DNA of 64,000 nucleotides, from positions 15,639-79,638 of the forward strand of contig CAZRYM010000002.1 in assembly GCA_964604305.1 (NCBI GenBank), read 5' to 3'. Numbering within the stretch: position 1 is the stretch's first letter; the number at the start of each line of letters is the position of its first letter. The DNA is from an uncultured Thermotogaceae bacterium (GTDB lineage Bacteria; Thermotogota; Thermotogae; MWEM01). A program made the position numbers and the translations under genes. Positions 28,168-37,569 of this stretch are shown here, one piece after another. Below the pieces are notes generated by a model. The model worked only from the letters and a program-made list of their open reading frames with translations. It did no database searches and was not told the origin of the DNA.

Positions 28168-29433
28168 TTAATCTATCTTGAATTCCCTGGTTGGATGGTT
28201 TGTGTAATTGATGACACGACCTTCCCAAGTCCTGATTGTAATGTATTCTTTCCCCCTTGAAATAAGGTATTCTGGCAGGATAGGTGTTTTACCATAACCG
28301 CCGGGCGCATTTATGATATATGTGGGGATTGCCAGACCTGAAGTGTAACCCCGCAGGTATTCCATGATTTCCAATCCGTCATCAACTGATGTATTAAAGT
28401 GCGTTGTGCCCTTCACATGTTTGGCATGAAAAATGTAATAAGGTCGCACCCGTACTTTCAATAGCTCTTGATTGAGTAATTTCATAACGTGTTTATCGTT
28501 ATTGATACCATTCAACAATACAGCCTGATTACCAAGTGGTATTCCTGCGTTTGCCAATTTTTCGCAAGCTTCTTTGGCTTCGATTGTAATCTCTTTTGGA
28601 TGATTGACATGTGTGTTGATAAAAAGCGGATGGTATTTTTTTAACATGCTAACAAGCTCATCTGTGATTCTTTGCGGCATGGTTACCGGAGTCCTGGAAC
28701 CTATTCTGATAATTTCCACATGTTCGATCTTTCGCAATTTTGACAGAATGTTTTCCAGGTAGTTGTCAGTCATAGTCAAAGGATCGCCACCGGTGATTAA
28801 TACATCCCTTATCTCTTCATTTTGTGCTATATAATCTATGGATTCATCGATTACGGATATCGGTTGCGGTTCATCTTCCTCTCCAATATTCCGTCTTCTC
28901 TGGCAATGGCGGCAAAACATGGCACATTCATTAGTAACATTAATGATCAATCTGTCGGGATATCGCCTGGTAACTGTTCCGGCCGGATTGGTAAGTTGTT
29001 CGTTCATGGGGTCTAATTTCCCTTCTTTGTCTACGTCTTCAAAGATCGTTGGTATAGCTTGTAATCTGATCGGACAATAAGGATTTGTTTTGTCCATGAG
29101 ACTGGCATAGTAAGGGGAAATTGCCCAGCGGTATCTTTCTCCGATTTTTTCAATGTCTTTTCTGTGCTTATCTGTTAAATCTACTACTTGTGAAAGAGTT
29201 GATACATCAGAGATTCGATTGGCCAGTTGCCAATGATAATCACGCCACTGTTCTAAAGTGCAATTTAATGCAAGCATGATTCGTTCACGATTTCTTTTAA
29301 ATTCCTCTGTGAGATCCATACCTTTTTTGATATGTTTTTTAGCCTCTATGAAGTCCGAAATTCGACTTTTCAGCTCTTGCGCCCTGTCCAAAGAAACACT
29401 TTTCTTTTTATCGTAGTTAGTATTTTTTTCCAT
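28168..29433 (-). CDS. kamA: Lysine 2,3-aminomutase (radical SAM, KamA family)
   Basis: CAMFCRHCQRRR CxxxCxxC radical-SAM motif; KamA-type N-terminal region; start at 29433 after GGGAGGTGG. Confidence 0.8.
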   Translation of the reverse strand: MEKNTNYDKKKSVSLDRAQELKSRISDFIEAKKHIKKGMDLTEEFKRNRERIMLALNCTLEQWRDYHWQLANRISDVSTLSQVVDLTDKHRKDIEKIGERYRWAISPYYASLMDKTNPYCPIRLQAIPTIFEDVDKEGKLDPMNEQLTNPAGTVTRRYPDRLIINVTNECAMFCRHCQRRRNIGEEDEPQPISVIDESIDYIAQNEEIRDVLITGGDPLTMTDNYLENILSKLRKIEHVEIIRIGSRTPVTMPQRITDELVSMLKKYHPLFINTHVNHPKEITIEAKEACEKLANAGIPLGNQAVLLNGINNDKHVMKLLNQELLKVRVRPYYIFHAKHVKGTTHFNTSVDDGLEIMEYLRGYTSGLAIPTYIINAPGGYGKTPILPEYLISRGKEYITIRTWEGRVINYTNHPTREFKID

Positions 29434-29696
29434 ATCAATCACTTGACCACCTCCCAAGGAGTCTGGAAAAACGAGAATATATTGACTATAAACCATTATA
29501 AATAATAAGATTTGCATAGTTTCAGCATAAAAACCAGAAAAGCAATTGTAGTTTACCTCAAAAGATTATAGCTTATTAAAAATGATATGTCAAATCACAA
29601 GGATTTGTTTTTTCTTGTCTTTAGAATTTCTTGTTGTTGGTTTGATTTGATATAATAGATCAGTTTGAAAGATATTAAAAGACGAGGTGAACGGCG

Positions 29697-32000
29697 TTGA
29701 CTATTGGTAAAAAATTGATGCTAGGGTTTGGTTTAATAATTGTGTTGTTGTTGATTGTGATGCTAATTTCTTTCATTTCCAGCCAAAGCATTAAAGACGA
29801 GGGTGAAAGTATTGTGATTCAGGCAAAAGATGCCAGATCTGAATACAAACAATTTACTAACATAGATACTTTTGAATCGGATTTAAAGGATATGCTCCAA
29901 TATGTATTGAGACTGGGTTATGTAACAAATACAGATGAACAGGAAATGATGTTCGAAGAATATAAAAAGATGTTTTCTGCTGTAGAAGAACTGTCGAAGA
30001 CTAATGGATTTTTTTCACTTTTAGAATTAGAATTAACCAAATTGAATGATAGTGTTGAAAAGATCTTCACGCAAAAGGCGTTAGAATTGGATGCCCTTTC
30101 ACAGCTTTCTGCTGACAAAGTAACAGCAGAGGACATCAGAACACAATTGGAATTTTTGTATAAAGAAAAGGAAGAACTGCTAAAGAGGGATGACATGAAG
30201 ATCGTCCGTATCATTCAAACTTTACAAATGATGAAACAGGATTATATTTCCTTAAGACAGCCTGATGAAAAGAAAGAGAATGAAATAAAAGAACGACTTT
30301 TAGAATCAGGTTTAGATGGGTTAACTTTCATTGAGATGGAAGTTTTATGGGACAATGAAGTTTTGGGAGGGCCGCCAATCACTGGATTTCCTATGCTTAT
30401 TCTCTGTGCAAGAGAATTGATGGCAACCGATGGTAAATATCCGGATTTCTTATCAGAGTTGAAACAGGCGAAAGAAGATATTCTGGATTATATAAAATTA
30501 AAAACTCAATTTGGTTATACTACATATGATGCTGTGGCATCCATTTTTGTTCCGTTATCTGTTGAGTTATATGAAAAAAAACTGAAAAAACTGCAGGAGT
30601 CGTTGTTAAAAATAAGCCGTATGGAAGTCAATTTACAAGCAAAGGAAAATATGGTCGGCTACCATAATGAAACTGCTGAGCAAGCCCGAAAAGACTCGCT
30701 AAATACCATTAAAAATGAACTTTCAACAGTATTGAATGATTTGCAGGTACGACTTGAAGCACTTATTTCTGAAAGCGCCACTAGTTTTAATGAAAATCTC
30801 AATCAAGTGGAAGAAAAAAGTGAAGAAAGCGTTACTCTGATAAACAACATGAATTCGTTTATTTTGATCGTGTTGATCACATCCGTTTTGATCAGCATCA
30901 TCATTGCCTACTTTATCTATTCAAGTATCAAAAAACCTATTGTCAACATCCTGAAAAAAACCGAAAAAATCAAAAACCTTGACTTTACTGTTGAATTTGA
31001 AGAAACAAAGAAAAAAGATGAAATGGGACAATTGGAAACTGCGTTGAAAGAGATTGTATGGGCTGTTAAAGAAACCTTGCAGAATGTAAAAAAGGCAATA
31101 GAAGATGTGAAGGAATCCACCGACAAACTGGAACAGGTAGCCGGTGAATCCGAAAACATCTCAAAGGAGCTTAAATCACAGGCAGACAGGACGGAAAACG
31201 ATGTACAAGACACGTCAGCGGCGATTGAAGAGGTAAGTTCGGGAGTAGAGGAAGTGGCGGCATCGGCGAAGAACATCACAGACGTATCGTCAGATCTGTA
31301 CGAAAGGACACAGGAAACGTCCAAATCGGCAAAAAGCGGACAGAAAGAACTGACAAAAGTGGCAGACATTGTCAAGGAAGCGGAAGAGCAGGCAAAGGCA
31401 ACGTCCAGAGTAGTAGAGGAGTTGCAAGCAAATGCGAAGAACGTGGGAGAAATCGTCAAGACGATATCGGGAATCTCAGAACAGACGAACCTGTTGGCGT
31501 TAAATGCTGCGATAGAGGCAGCGCGTGCTGGAGAAGCAGGTAAAGGCTTTGCGGTAGTAGCGGATGAGATCAGGAAATTGGCGGAAGAGAGTCAGAAATC
31601 GACGGAAGACATTGCAAAGATGCTCAAAGAGATTGGAAATGGAGTGGGCGAAGTCAACGATGCTTCGGATAAGACGGTGGAGATTGTAAACAAGATGGAA
31701 GAAAACTCCAGAGAGGCCCTTGAACAATTTGAAAACATACTTGAACGACTGAGCGGGGTAACGGAGTCCGTCCACAATCTCAACAGTACATCAGAGGAAC
31801 AAAGTGCGGCAGCGCAAGAGATAGCGGATGCAATGGATCAATCAGCCCGATCCATGGTTAATGCTTCCGAACAGGTTGAGAATATGGTTCGTGATGTTGA
31901 ACAACAAGTTGATTCAATATCAAAAATGAATGAGATATCACAAACAATGAGGCGTTTAGCAGATGATTTAAGATTGGATATCAGCAAATTTAAATCATAA
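29697..32000 (+). CDS. Methyl-accepting chemotaxis protein 1 (N-terminal TM span, large extracytoplasmic sensor, second TM, HAMP, MCP signalling domain)
   Basis: TM1 [22 protein letters not shown]2 [20 protein letters not shown], then HAMP; highly conserved MCP signalling domain ...[39 protein letters not shown]. Confidence 0.85.
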   Translation: MTIGKKLMLGFGLIIVLLLIVMLISFISSQSIKDEGESIVIQAKDARSEYKQFTNIDTFESDLKDMLQYVLRLGYVTNTDEQEMMFEEYKKMFSAVEELSKTNGFFSLLELELTKLNDSVEKIFTQKALELDALSQLSADKVTAEDIRTQLEFLYKEKEELLKRDDMKIVRIIQTLQMMKQDYISLRQPDEKKENEIKERLLESGLDGLTFIEMEVLWDNEVLGGPPITGFPMLILCARELMATDGKYPDFLSELKQAKEDILDYIKLKTQFGYTTYDAVASIFVPLSVELYEKKLKKLQESLLKISRMEVNLQAKENMVGYHNETAEQARKDSLNTIKNELSTVLNDLQVRLEALISESATSFNENLNQVEEKSEESVTLINNMNSFILIVLITSVLISIIIAYFIYSSIKKPIVNILKKTEKIKNLDFTVEFEETKKKDEMGQLETALKEIVWAVKETLQNVKKAIEDVKESTDKLEQVAGESENISKELKSQADRTENDVQDTSAAIEEVSSGVEEVAASAKNITDVSSDLYERTQETSKSAKSGQKELTKVADIVKEAEEQAKATSRVVEELQANAKNVGEIVKTISGISEQTNLLALNAAIEAARAGEAGKGFAVVADEIRKLAEESQKSTEDIAKMLKEIGNGVGEVNDASDKTVEIVNKMEENSREALEQFENILERLSGVTESVHNLNSTSEEQSAAAQEIADAMDQSARSMVNASEQVENMVRDVEQQVDSISKMNEISQTMRRLADDLRLDISKFKS
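31119..31891 (+). repeat. Copy A of a 773-bp block 100% identical to 33599-34371 (MCP signalling domain), GC-rich relative to its flanks
   Basis: Base-by-base identity with an offset of 2480 bp; mismatches immediately outside both ends. Confidence 0.95.
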
Positions 32001-32176
32001 ACAATAAATTGTCATCGGAAGGAAAAGATCACAGTTGATAATAACCGAAAATCCTATAAACGTATTACTATATTAAACAAAAAACAACGATATAGAAAAA
32101 CTATATTGGAACGTTTTTTGGAAAAGAATAAATGTGATAAAATAGAATAATCAGCGTGCAATCGAGGAGGGAATGA

Positions 32177-34480
32177 ATGAAAATTTCTACCAAGTTATTA
32201 ATGGGATTTACAGTTATTATTATCATTCTTGTTGTAGTTTTATTGGTATCCACCATATCTAACAGAGAAGTTGTTTTGCAAGCAGATACTGTTCTTGAGC
32301 AAACAGATGCTTCTGAGAAAGAGCTTCTTGAATTTAGAAGGTATAATCAGTTGGAAAGTGGTATCAAAGATATGATACAGACTGTATTGAATTTGGGATA
32401 TGTGGCAACGATAGAAGAAGAGAATTTGATTAAAGAACAATACCAAAAAAATGTAGAAAGTTTGAAGGAGATCATATCAAGCTATGAAAGTGCTGAGACT
32501 TACTTACAAACTATTTCTCAGATAGACGAATATGTCAAAGATGTATTCAACTATAAAGAAATAGAGATTCTTTCTCAAAAGGAATTAGAAGAGAATCAGG
32601 AAAAGCAAAAGCAATTCATGGTAAAAAAGACTTCTTTTACTGAAAAGATTCAGAAGATGCAGAAAGTAGATATGCAAAAAGTTGAAAAAACCATGGAATC
32701 GTTTAAACTTATAAAAGACGAGCATGCAGAAATGAAAAAGCCAACCGATGAGCAAAAGCAGATGTTGAATGAAGAGTTGATCAGTAAAACAGATGTCGAA
32801 GAGTTGGGAATGTATGAAATAGAGGAGATTTGGAAACCGGAATTACTTGATATAACCATAAAGGAGTTTTCTGATCTTGAATTCGTAACACGAAATATTA
32901 TCATCAATCCGGAAGATTCGGAGGAATTGCTTCCCAAGGCAGTTGAAATTGCCGAAAAGATAAACAGCAATGTGGGTTTTCAGGTGATGTTTGGTTCAGC
33001 TGTGTATGATCCTGTCTCTGCACAACTGATATCTTTAACCTTGGATAAGTATATTGAGCAGCTGAAAGAAATGGTAAAAATAATCAATGAGAGAGAAGAA
33101 AATGAAAAAGCCATGATCGTAGTACAGGAAGTAATAGAAAATGCAAATCAAAGGGTAGATGAAAGCAGAACTTTGGCTTTTAATATTATCAATACCAATA
33201 TTAAGACTAGCAGTCGGGAGCTGTCATCCATTATCGAGGAAAAAGCCGAAAACCAATATGGAAGTTTGAAACAAAGTTTTGAATCTATCAAAAAGAATAA
33301 CACAACCAGTAAAGAAACAATAGAGAAAAACAATTTCCAAATATTATTGCTGATATCAATCACCATTGTGATTAGTCTGATTGTAGCGGTAGTTATTATC
33401 AGAAGCATTAAAAAGCCAATTAAACGTTTACTTGAGAAATCAACTTTACTTCAAAATCTGGATATGACGGTGGATTTTGAAGCAGATAGCGGTAAAGACG
33501 AAATAGGACAAATCGAACACGCACTGGCACGGGTCGTAGAGGTCATAAAAGATACATTAACCGATTTCAGAAATGCAGTTCAGAACGTTAGAATGGCAAC
33601 CGACAAACTGGAACAGGTAGCCGGTGAATCCGAAAACATCTCAAAGGAGCTTAAATCACAGGCAGACAGGACGGAAAACGATGTACAAGACACGTCAGCG
33701 GCGATTGAAGAGGTAAGTTCGGGAGTAGAGGAAGTGGCGGCATCGGCGAAGAACATCACAGACGTATCGTCAGATCTGTACGAAAGGACACAGGAAACGT
33801 CCAAATCGGCAAAAAGCGGACAGAAAGAACTGACAAAAGTGGCAGACATTGTCAAGGAAGCGGAAGAGCAGGCAAAGGCAACGTCCAGAGTAGTAGAGGA
33901 GTTGCAAGCAAATGCGAAGAACGTGGGAGAAATCGTCAAGACGATATCGGGAATCTCAGAACAGACGAACCTGTTGGCGTTAAATGCTGCGATAGAGGCA
34001 GCGCGTGCTGGAGAAGCAGGTAAAGGCTTTGCGGTAGTAGCGGATGAGATCAGGAAATTGGCGGAAGAGAGTCAGAAATCGACGGAAGACATTGCAAAGA
34101 TGCTCAAAGAGATTGGAAATGGAGTGGGCGAAGTCAACGATGCTTCGGATAAGACGGTGGAGATTGTAAACAAGATGGAAGAAAACTCCAGAGAGGCCCT
34201 TGAACAATTTGAAAACATACTTGAACGACTGAGCGGGGTAACGGAGTCCGTCCACAATCTCAACAGTACATCAGAGGAACAAAGTGCGGCAGCGCAAGAG
34301 ATAGCGGATGCAATGGATCAATCAGCCCGATCCATGGTTAATGCTTCCGAACAGGTTGAGAATATGGTTCGACAGCTTGAAAATCAATCAGCTTCGGTAA
34401 AAGATTTATCTCAGACTTCAAGCGAGTTGACAGTTCTAAACAAAGAACTTGAAGAGGATATCAACAAATTTAAATTATAG
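32177..34480 (+). CDS. Methyl-accepting chemotaxis protein 2; tandem paralog with a divergent sensor domain and an identical signalling domain
   Basis: Same architecture and length (767 aa) as MCP1; N-terminal 470 aa unrelated at sequence level; C-terminal 257 aa identical. Confidence 0.85.
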   Translation: MKISTKLLMGFTVIIIILVVVLLVSTISNREVVLQADTVLEQTDASEKELLEFRRYNQLESGIKDMIQTVLNLGYVATIEEENLIKEQYQKNVESLKEIISSYESAETYLQTISQIDEYVKDVFNYKEIEILSQKELEENQEKQKQFMVKKTSFTEKIQKMQKVDMQKVEKTMESFKLIKDEHAEMKKPTDEQKQMLNEELISKTDVEELGMYEIEEIWKPELLDITIKEFSDLEFVTRNIIINPEDSEELLPKAVEIAEKINSNVGFQVMFGSAVYDPVSAQLISLTLDKYIEQLKEMVKIINEREENEKAMIVVQEVIENANQRVDESRTLAFNIINTNIKTSSRELSSIIEEKAENQYGSLKQSFESIKKNNTTSKETIEKNNFQILLLISITIVISLIVAVVIIRSIKKPIKRLLEKSTLLQNLDMTVDFEADSGKDEIGQIEHALARVVEVIKDTLTDFRNAVQNVRMATDKLEQVAGESENISKELKSQADRTENDVQDTSAAIEEVSSGVEEVAASAKNITDVSSDLYERTQETSKSAKSGQKELTKVADIVKEAEEQAKATSRVVEELQANAKNVGEIVKTISGISEQTNLLALNAAIEAARAGEAGKGFAVVADEIRKLAEESQKSTEDIAKMLKEIGNGVGEVNDASDKTVEIVNKMEENSREALEQFENILERLSGVTESVHNLNSTSEEQSAAAQEIADAMDQSARSMVNASEQVENMVRQLENQSASVKDLSQTSSELTVLNKELEEDINKFKL
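33599..34371 (+). repeat. Copy B of the 773-bp identical block
   Basis: See copy A. Confidence 0.95.
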
Positions 34481-34495
34481 TCAAATAAGATGAAT

Positions 34496-34522
34496 AAGCG
34501 GGTTTATTGCCCGCTTTTTTCT
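34496..34522 (+). terminator. Rho-independent terminator (AAGCGGG-uuuauug-CCCGCUU + U6) after MCP2
   Basis: GC-rich 7-bp stem followed by TTTTTT. Confidence 0.65.
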
Positions 34523-34568
34523 TACTTCAATATGCGGAATCATATGGTATAATTCTCCATCAACTAGA

Positions 34569-34649
34569 AATAACAACTTTTAGACATTAAAGCAGGTAAT
34601 AATCAGCCTGCTAAATATTTTCAAAAATGATTCTGAATAACAACTTTTA
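34569..34649 (+). promoter_or_regulatory. Two copies of the 14-nt direct repeat AATAACAACTTTTA (34569-34582 and 34636-34649) in the leader of the nucleoside-salvage operon; an extended -10 (tggTATAAT) lies at 34544-34552
   Basis: Exact 14/14 repeat 67 bp apart; the second copy overlaps a TTTTAAAAT -10-like element. Confidence 0.4.
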
Positions 34650-34699
34650 AAATGAGGCAGATTTTTTTATTTAAAGGATTTTTAATGAAGGGGGTCTTT

Positions 34700-35629
34700 A
34701 TGTCAAGAAAGATTATCCTGGATTGTGATCCAGGCCATGATGATGCTGTTGCGATACTCCTTGCAGGTATTGCTGAAGAGTTAGAACTTTTGGGAATAAC
34801 AACCGTAGCAGGAAATTCGTATGTTGAAAATACGACAAAAAATGCATTGATTCTTGTGGAAAATGGAAAACTCAACGTTCCGGTTTGTGAAGGTGCCTCA
34901 AAACCTTTGGTTAGAGAACAAATCGTTGCTCCGGATATTCACGGAGAATCAGGTTTAGAAGGAGCCAATCTGCCACAACCAACCATCAAGAAAGATTCAA
35001 GAGGTGCTGTAGAGTTCATTGCACAAAAACTATGTGAATTCCAAAATGAAGTGACACTTGTTGCAGTGGGACCCCTTACGAATATAGCAACATTTGTGAT
35101 CAATTATCCCGAATTGGTAGAGAAAGTCCAAGAACTGGTAATTATGGGAGGGGGTATTGAATTTGGCAATACTACACCCGTAGCCGAGTTCAATATTTTA
35201 GCCGATCCTGAGGCAGCGCAAATTGTATTTAACTCTCATATTCCTCTCACAGTTTTCGGTTTGGATGTAACACATCAAACGAAAATCTTCATGGAGGAGA
35301 TAAAGAAAATGCAAGCCTTTTCCTCATTTATCGTTTCAAAAATGGGATTGCTGCTTGAGTTTTTTCATCAAACCTACTTCGATGTTTTTAAAATTAAAGG
35401 CGCTCCTTTACACGATCCATGTGCAATCGCTTATTTAATTGAACCGGAATTGTTTGAATACAAAGAATATTATTGCCAGATAGAGCTAAAGGGACAATTA
35501 ACTTATGGACAAACGGTTGTTGATTACTGGAAAAACAATGGGAAAACACCTAATTCAAAGTGGGCGATTAAAGCAAATAGAGAAAGATTTATCAATTTAC
35601 TTTTCGATAAACTATCAAAATATGAATAA
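34700..35629 (+). CDS. iunH: Inosine-uridine preferring nucleoside hydrolase
   Basis: KIILDCDPGHDDAVAILLA is the IU-NH aspartate cluster; start ATG 34700 after GGGGG; the ORF track begins at 34652. Confidence 0.8.
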   Translation: MSRKIILDCDPGHDDAVAILLAGIAEELELLGITTVAGNSYVENTTKNALILVENGKLNVPVCEGASKPLVREQIVAPDIHGESGLEGANLPQPTIKKDSRGAVEFIAQKLCEFQNEVTLVAVGPLTNIATFVINYPELVEKVQELVIMGGGIEFGNTTPVAEFNILADPEAAQIVFNSHIPLTVFGLDVTHQTKIFMEEIKKMQAFSSFIVSKMGLLLEFFHQTYFDVFKIKGAPLHDPCAIAYLIEPELFEYKEYYCQIELKGQLTYGQTVVDYWKNNGKTPNSKWAIKANRERFINLLFDKLSKYE

Positions 35630-35646
35630 ATTGGAGGTTTTGTTGA

Positions 35647-36402
35647 ATGGAAAATCCCACCTATCACATTCAAATAGAGGATAGTCAAAAGGTTGGCAGA
35701 TACGTTTTACTGCCGGGAGATCGGGGCAGGGTTAAACGAATGGCAAAGTATTTGGAAAATCCTGTTGTGGTTGGAGACAACAGAGAGTATTTTACAATGA
35801 CGGGACAACTTAACGGTGAAAAGGTTTCCGTTATGTCAACGGGAATGGGAGCACCTTGTATATCCATCGGAGTAGAGGAGATAAGAACATTAGGAGCGGA
35901 TACATTCATACGTGTTGGCACAACCGGTGCTTTACAGCCTCATATCAACCTGGGTGATTCAATTATTGCAACGGCTGCTGTCAGATCAGATGGAACCATG
36001 GTTGAATATGTACCCAGGGAGTATCCCGCTGTTGCCGATTTTAACGTTATCAGTAAAATGAAGAATGCTGCAGAAATCATCGATAATCCCCATCATCTGG
36101 GTATTGTTCACTCTACAGATTCTTATTATGGCAGAAATTTCAATCCGGAAGCGGCATTGGAGTATTCAAAATTGCTTGCGAAGGCAAATGTATTAGCAGT
36201 GGAGATGGAAATATCAGCGCTTTACATTTTAGGGTCAATATATGCTTTAAGAACCGGCGCCATACTCACAATAAGAGAAGCTCGAAAGAAAATTGGAGAA
36301 ACTTATCAACAAGCTGGCGAGGAATATGAACAGGGTATGGAAAAGTCGATTCAGATTGCATTCAAGTCTATAGAATTACTTATCGAGGAAGACAGGGCTT
36401 AA
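35647..36402 (+). CDS. Nucleoside phosphorylase (PNP/UDP family 1; purine or uridine phosphorylase)
   Basis: GDRGRVKRMAKYL...MSTGMGAPCISIGVEEI...VGTTGAL...MEISAL are PNP/UDP family motifs. Confidence 0.75.
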   Translation: MENPTYHIQIEDSQKVGRYVLLPGDRGRVKRMAKYLENPVVVGDNREYFTMTGQLNGEKVSVMSTGMGAPCISIGVEEIRTLGADTFIRVGTTGALQPHINLGDSIIATAAVRSDGTMVEYVPREYPAVADFNVISKMKNAAEIIDNPHHLGIVHSTDSYYGRNFNPEAALEYSKLLAKANVLAVEMEISALYILGSIYALRTGAILTIREARKKIGETYQQAGEEYEQGMEKSIQIAFKSIELLIEEDRA

Positions 36403-36429
36403 TGCCCTTAAAATACAGGAGGTGTATTT

Positions 36430-37506
36430 ATGAAAAAAGCATTAATCGTACTCTTATTAACTGTGTTTGTAGTGAGTGTTTTTTCGGCACCAAGGGTTCT
36501 TAACCTCATCAATGGAACGCTGGGAGACAAATCATTCTTTGATTCAGCTGAACGCGGGATGGTGATGGTTCAAGAAAAACTTGGACTTGAGACAAAGACC
36601 ATTGAAATGGGTTATAACCCCTCAGAATGGAAACCAACTCTTGAGGACATGTCAGACTCGGGTATGTATGATCTGATAGTTGTTGGAACATGGCAAATGG
36701 TCGATACACTTGCTGAGATTGCTCCCTATTATCCTGAAATTACCTACATCATCTATGATACTGACATGCCATTTGACAACGGAAATCTCGATAACGTTTA
36801 TGCCATGACGTACAAACAGAATGAAGGTTCATTCCTTGCCGGTGCTCTTGCAGCAATGGTATCAAAAGATACCGAATTGGCATACAGTAATTCTGATAAC
36901 AAAATTATCGGATTGCTTGGAGGAATGGATATTGCCGTTATCAATGACTTTCTAGTGGGATATATTGAAGGTGCTCAGTATGTTGATCCGGAAATGAGGG
37001 TCACAACTTCTTATGTAGGTGCCTGGAATGACCCTGCAAAGGGAAAAGAATTCACTTTGGCCATGTACAGGCAAGGAGCAGATGTTGTCTTTGCAGTTGC
37101 GGGTGAAACTGGAAATGGCGTACTTGAAGCTGCTAAAGAAATGGATAGATGGTCAATTGGAGTCGATTCAGATATGCAATTAATCTATGAAGAGAAGGAT
37201 ATGGCCATTGTCAACCACATGCTGACATCCATGCTCAAGAATGTTGACCAGTCAGTTTACAGAGCAGTAGAGATGTATCTGAACGATGAGCTTCCTCTGG
37301 GTACAACCGAAGCTTTGGGATTAAAAGAAAACTCAGTTGGACTTGCCAAAAATCAATATTTTGACAAATTCCTTCAAGAGAATCCTGAAATCGCAGAAAG
37401 GCTTGACGAGATAGAAAAAATGATTCTCGATGGAAAGATTTCTGTTTCTTCAGCTTTTGGAATGACTAATGAACAGCTCAATGCCGTAAGGGATGCAGCT
37501 AAATAA
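36430..37506 (+). CDS. BMP-family (PnrA/Med/TmpC-like) ABC substrate-binding protein, nucleoside-binding type
   Basis: Signal peptide; BMP-family fold motifs; operon context with a two-domain ATPase and two permeases. Confidence 0.75.
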   Translation: MKKALIVLLLTVFVVSVFSAPRVLNLINGTLGDKSFFDSAERGMVMVQEKLGLETKTIEMGYNPSEWKPTLEDMSDSGMYDLIVVGTWQMVDTLAEIAPYYPEITYIIYDTDMPFDNGNLDNVYAMTYKQNEGSFLAGALAAMVSKDTELAYSNSDNKIIGLLGGMDIAVINDFLVGYIEGAQYVDPEMRVTTSYVGAWNDPAKGKEFTLAMYRQGADVVFAVAGETGNGVLEAAKEMDRWSIGVDSDMQLIYEEKDMAIVNHMLTSMLKNVDQSVYRAVEMYLNDELPLGTTEALGLKENSVGLAKNQYFDKFLQENPEIAERLDEIEKMILDGKISVSSAFGMTNEQLNAVRDAAK

Positions 37507-37525
37507 ATTTTTTATATTCTTAAAA

Positions 37526-37554
37526 TAGGCTTCCCGGGGGGAGCCTATTTTTTA
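37526..37554 (+). terminator. Intra-operon terminator/attenuator hairpin after the SBP gene (TAGGCTTCCC-gg-GGGAGCCTA + U6)
   Basis: About 10-bp stem followed by TTTTTT; typical high-SBP-expression arrangement. Confidence 0.5.
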
Positions 37555-37569
37555 TCAAGGAGTGATTTA

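Noticed and set aside
29517-29697. Possible sigma70 promoter (…TTGTTG…gatTATAATag) for MCP1
   Set aside because: A -10 TATAAT is present but no convincing -35 at 16-18 bp spacing; left unannotated.
30917-31459. 180-aa minus-strand ORF (and its twin at 33580-33939) rich in Ser/Thr/Ala/Cys
   Set aside because: It lies entirely antisense to the MCP signalling domain. The GC-rich sense sequence generates long antisense open frames. It is duplicated only because the sense block is duplicated. No RBS and low-complexity composition.
29697-34480. Tandem MCP duplication as a mobile element or IS-mediated event
   Set aside because: No transposase, inverted terminal repeats or target-site duplications flank the genes. 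Identity is confined to an internal 773-bp segment, which fits gene conversion better than transposition.
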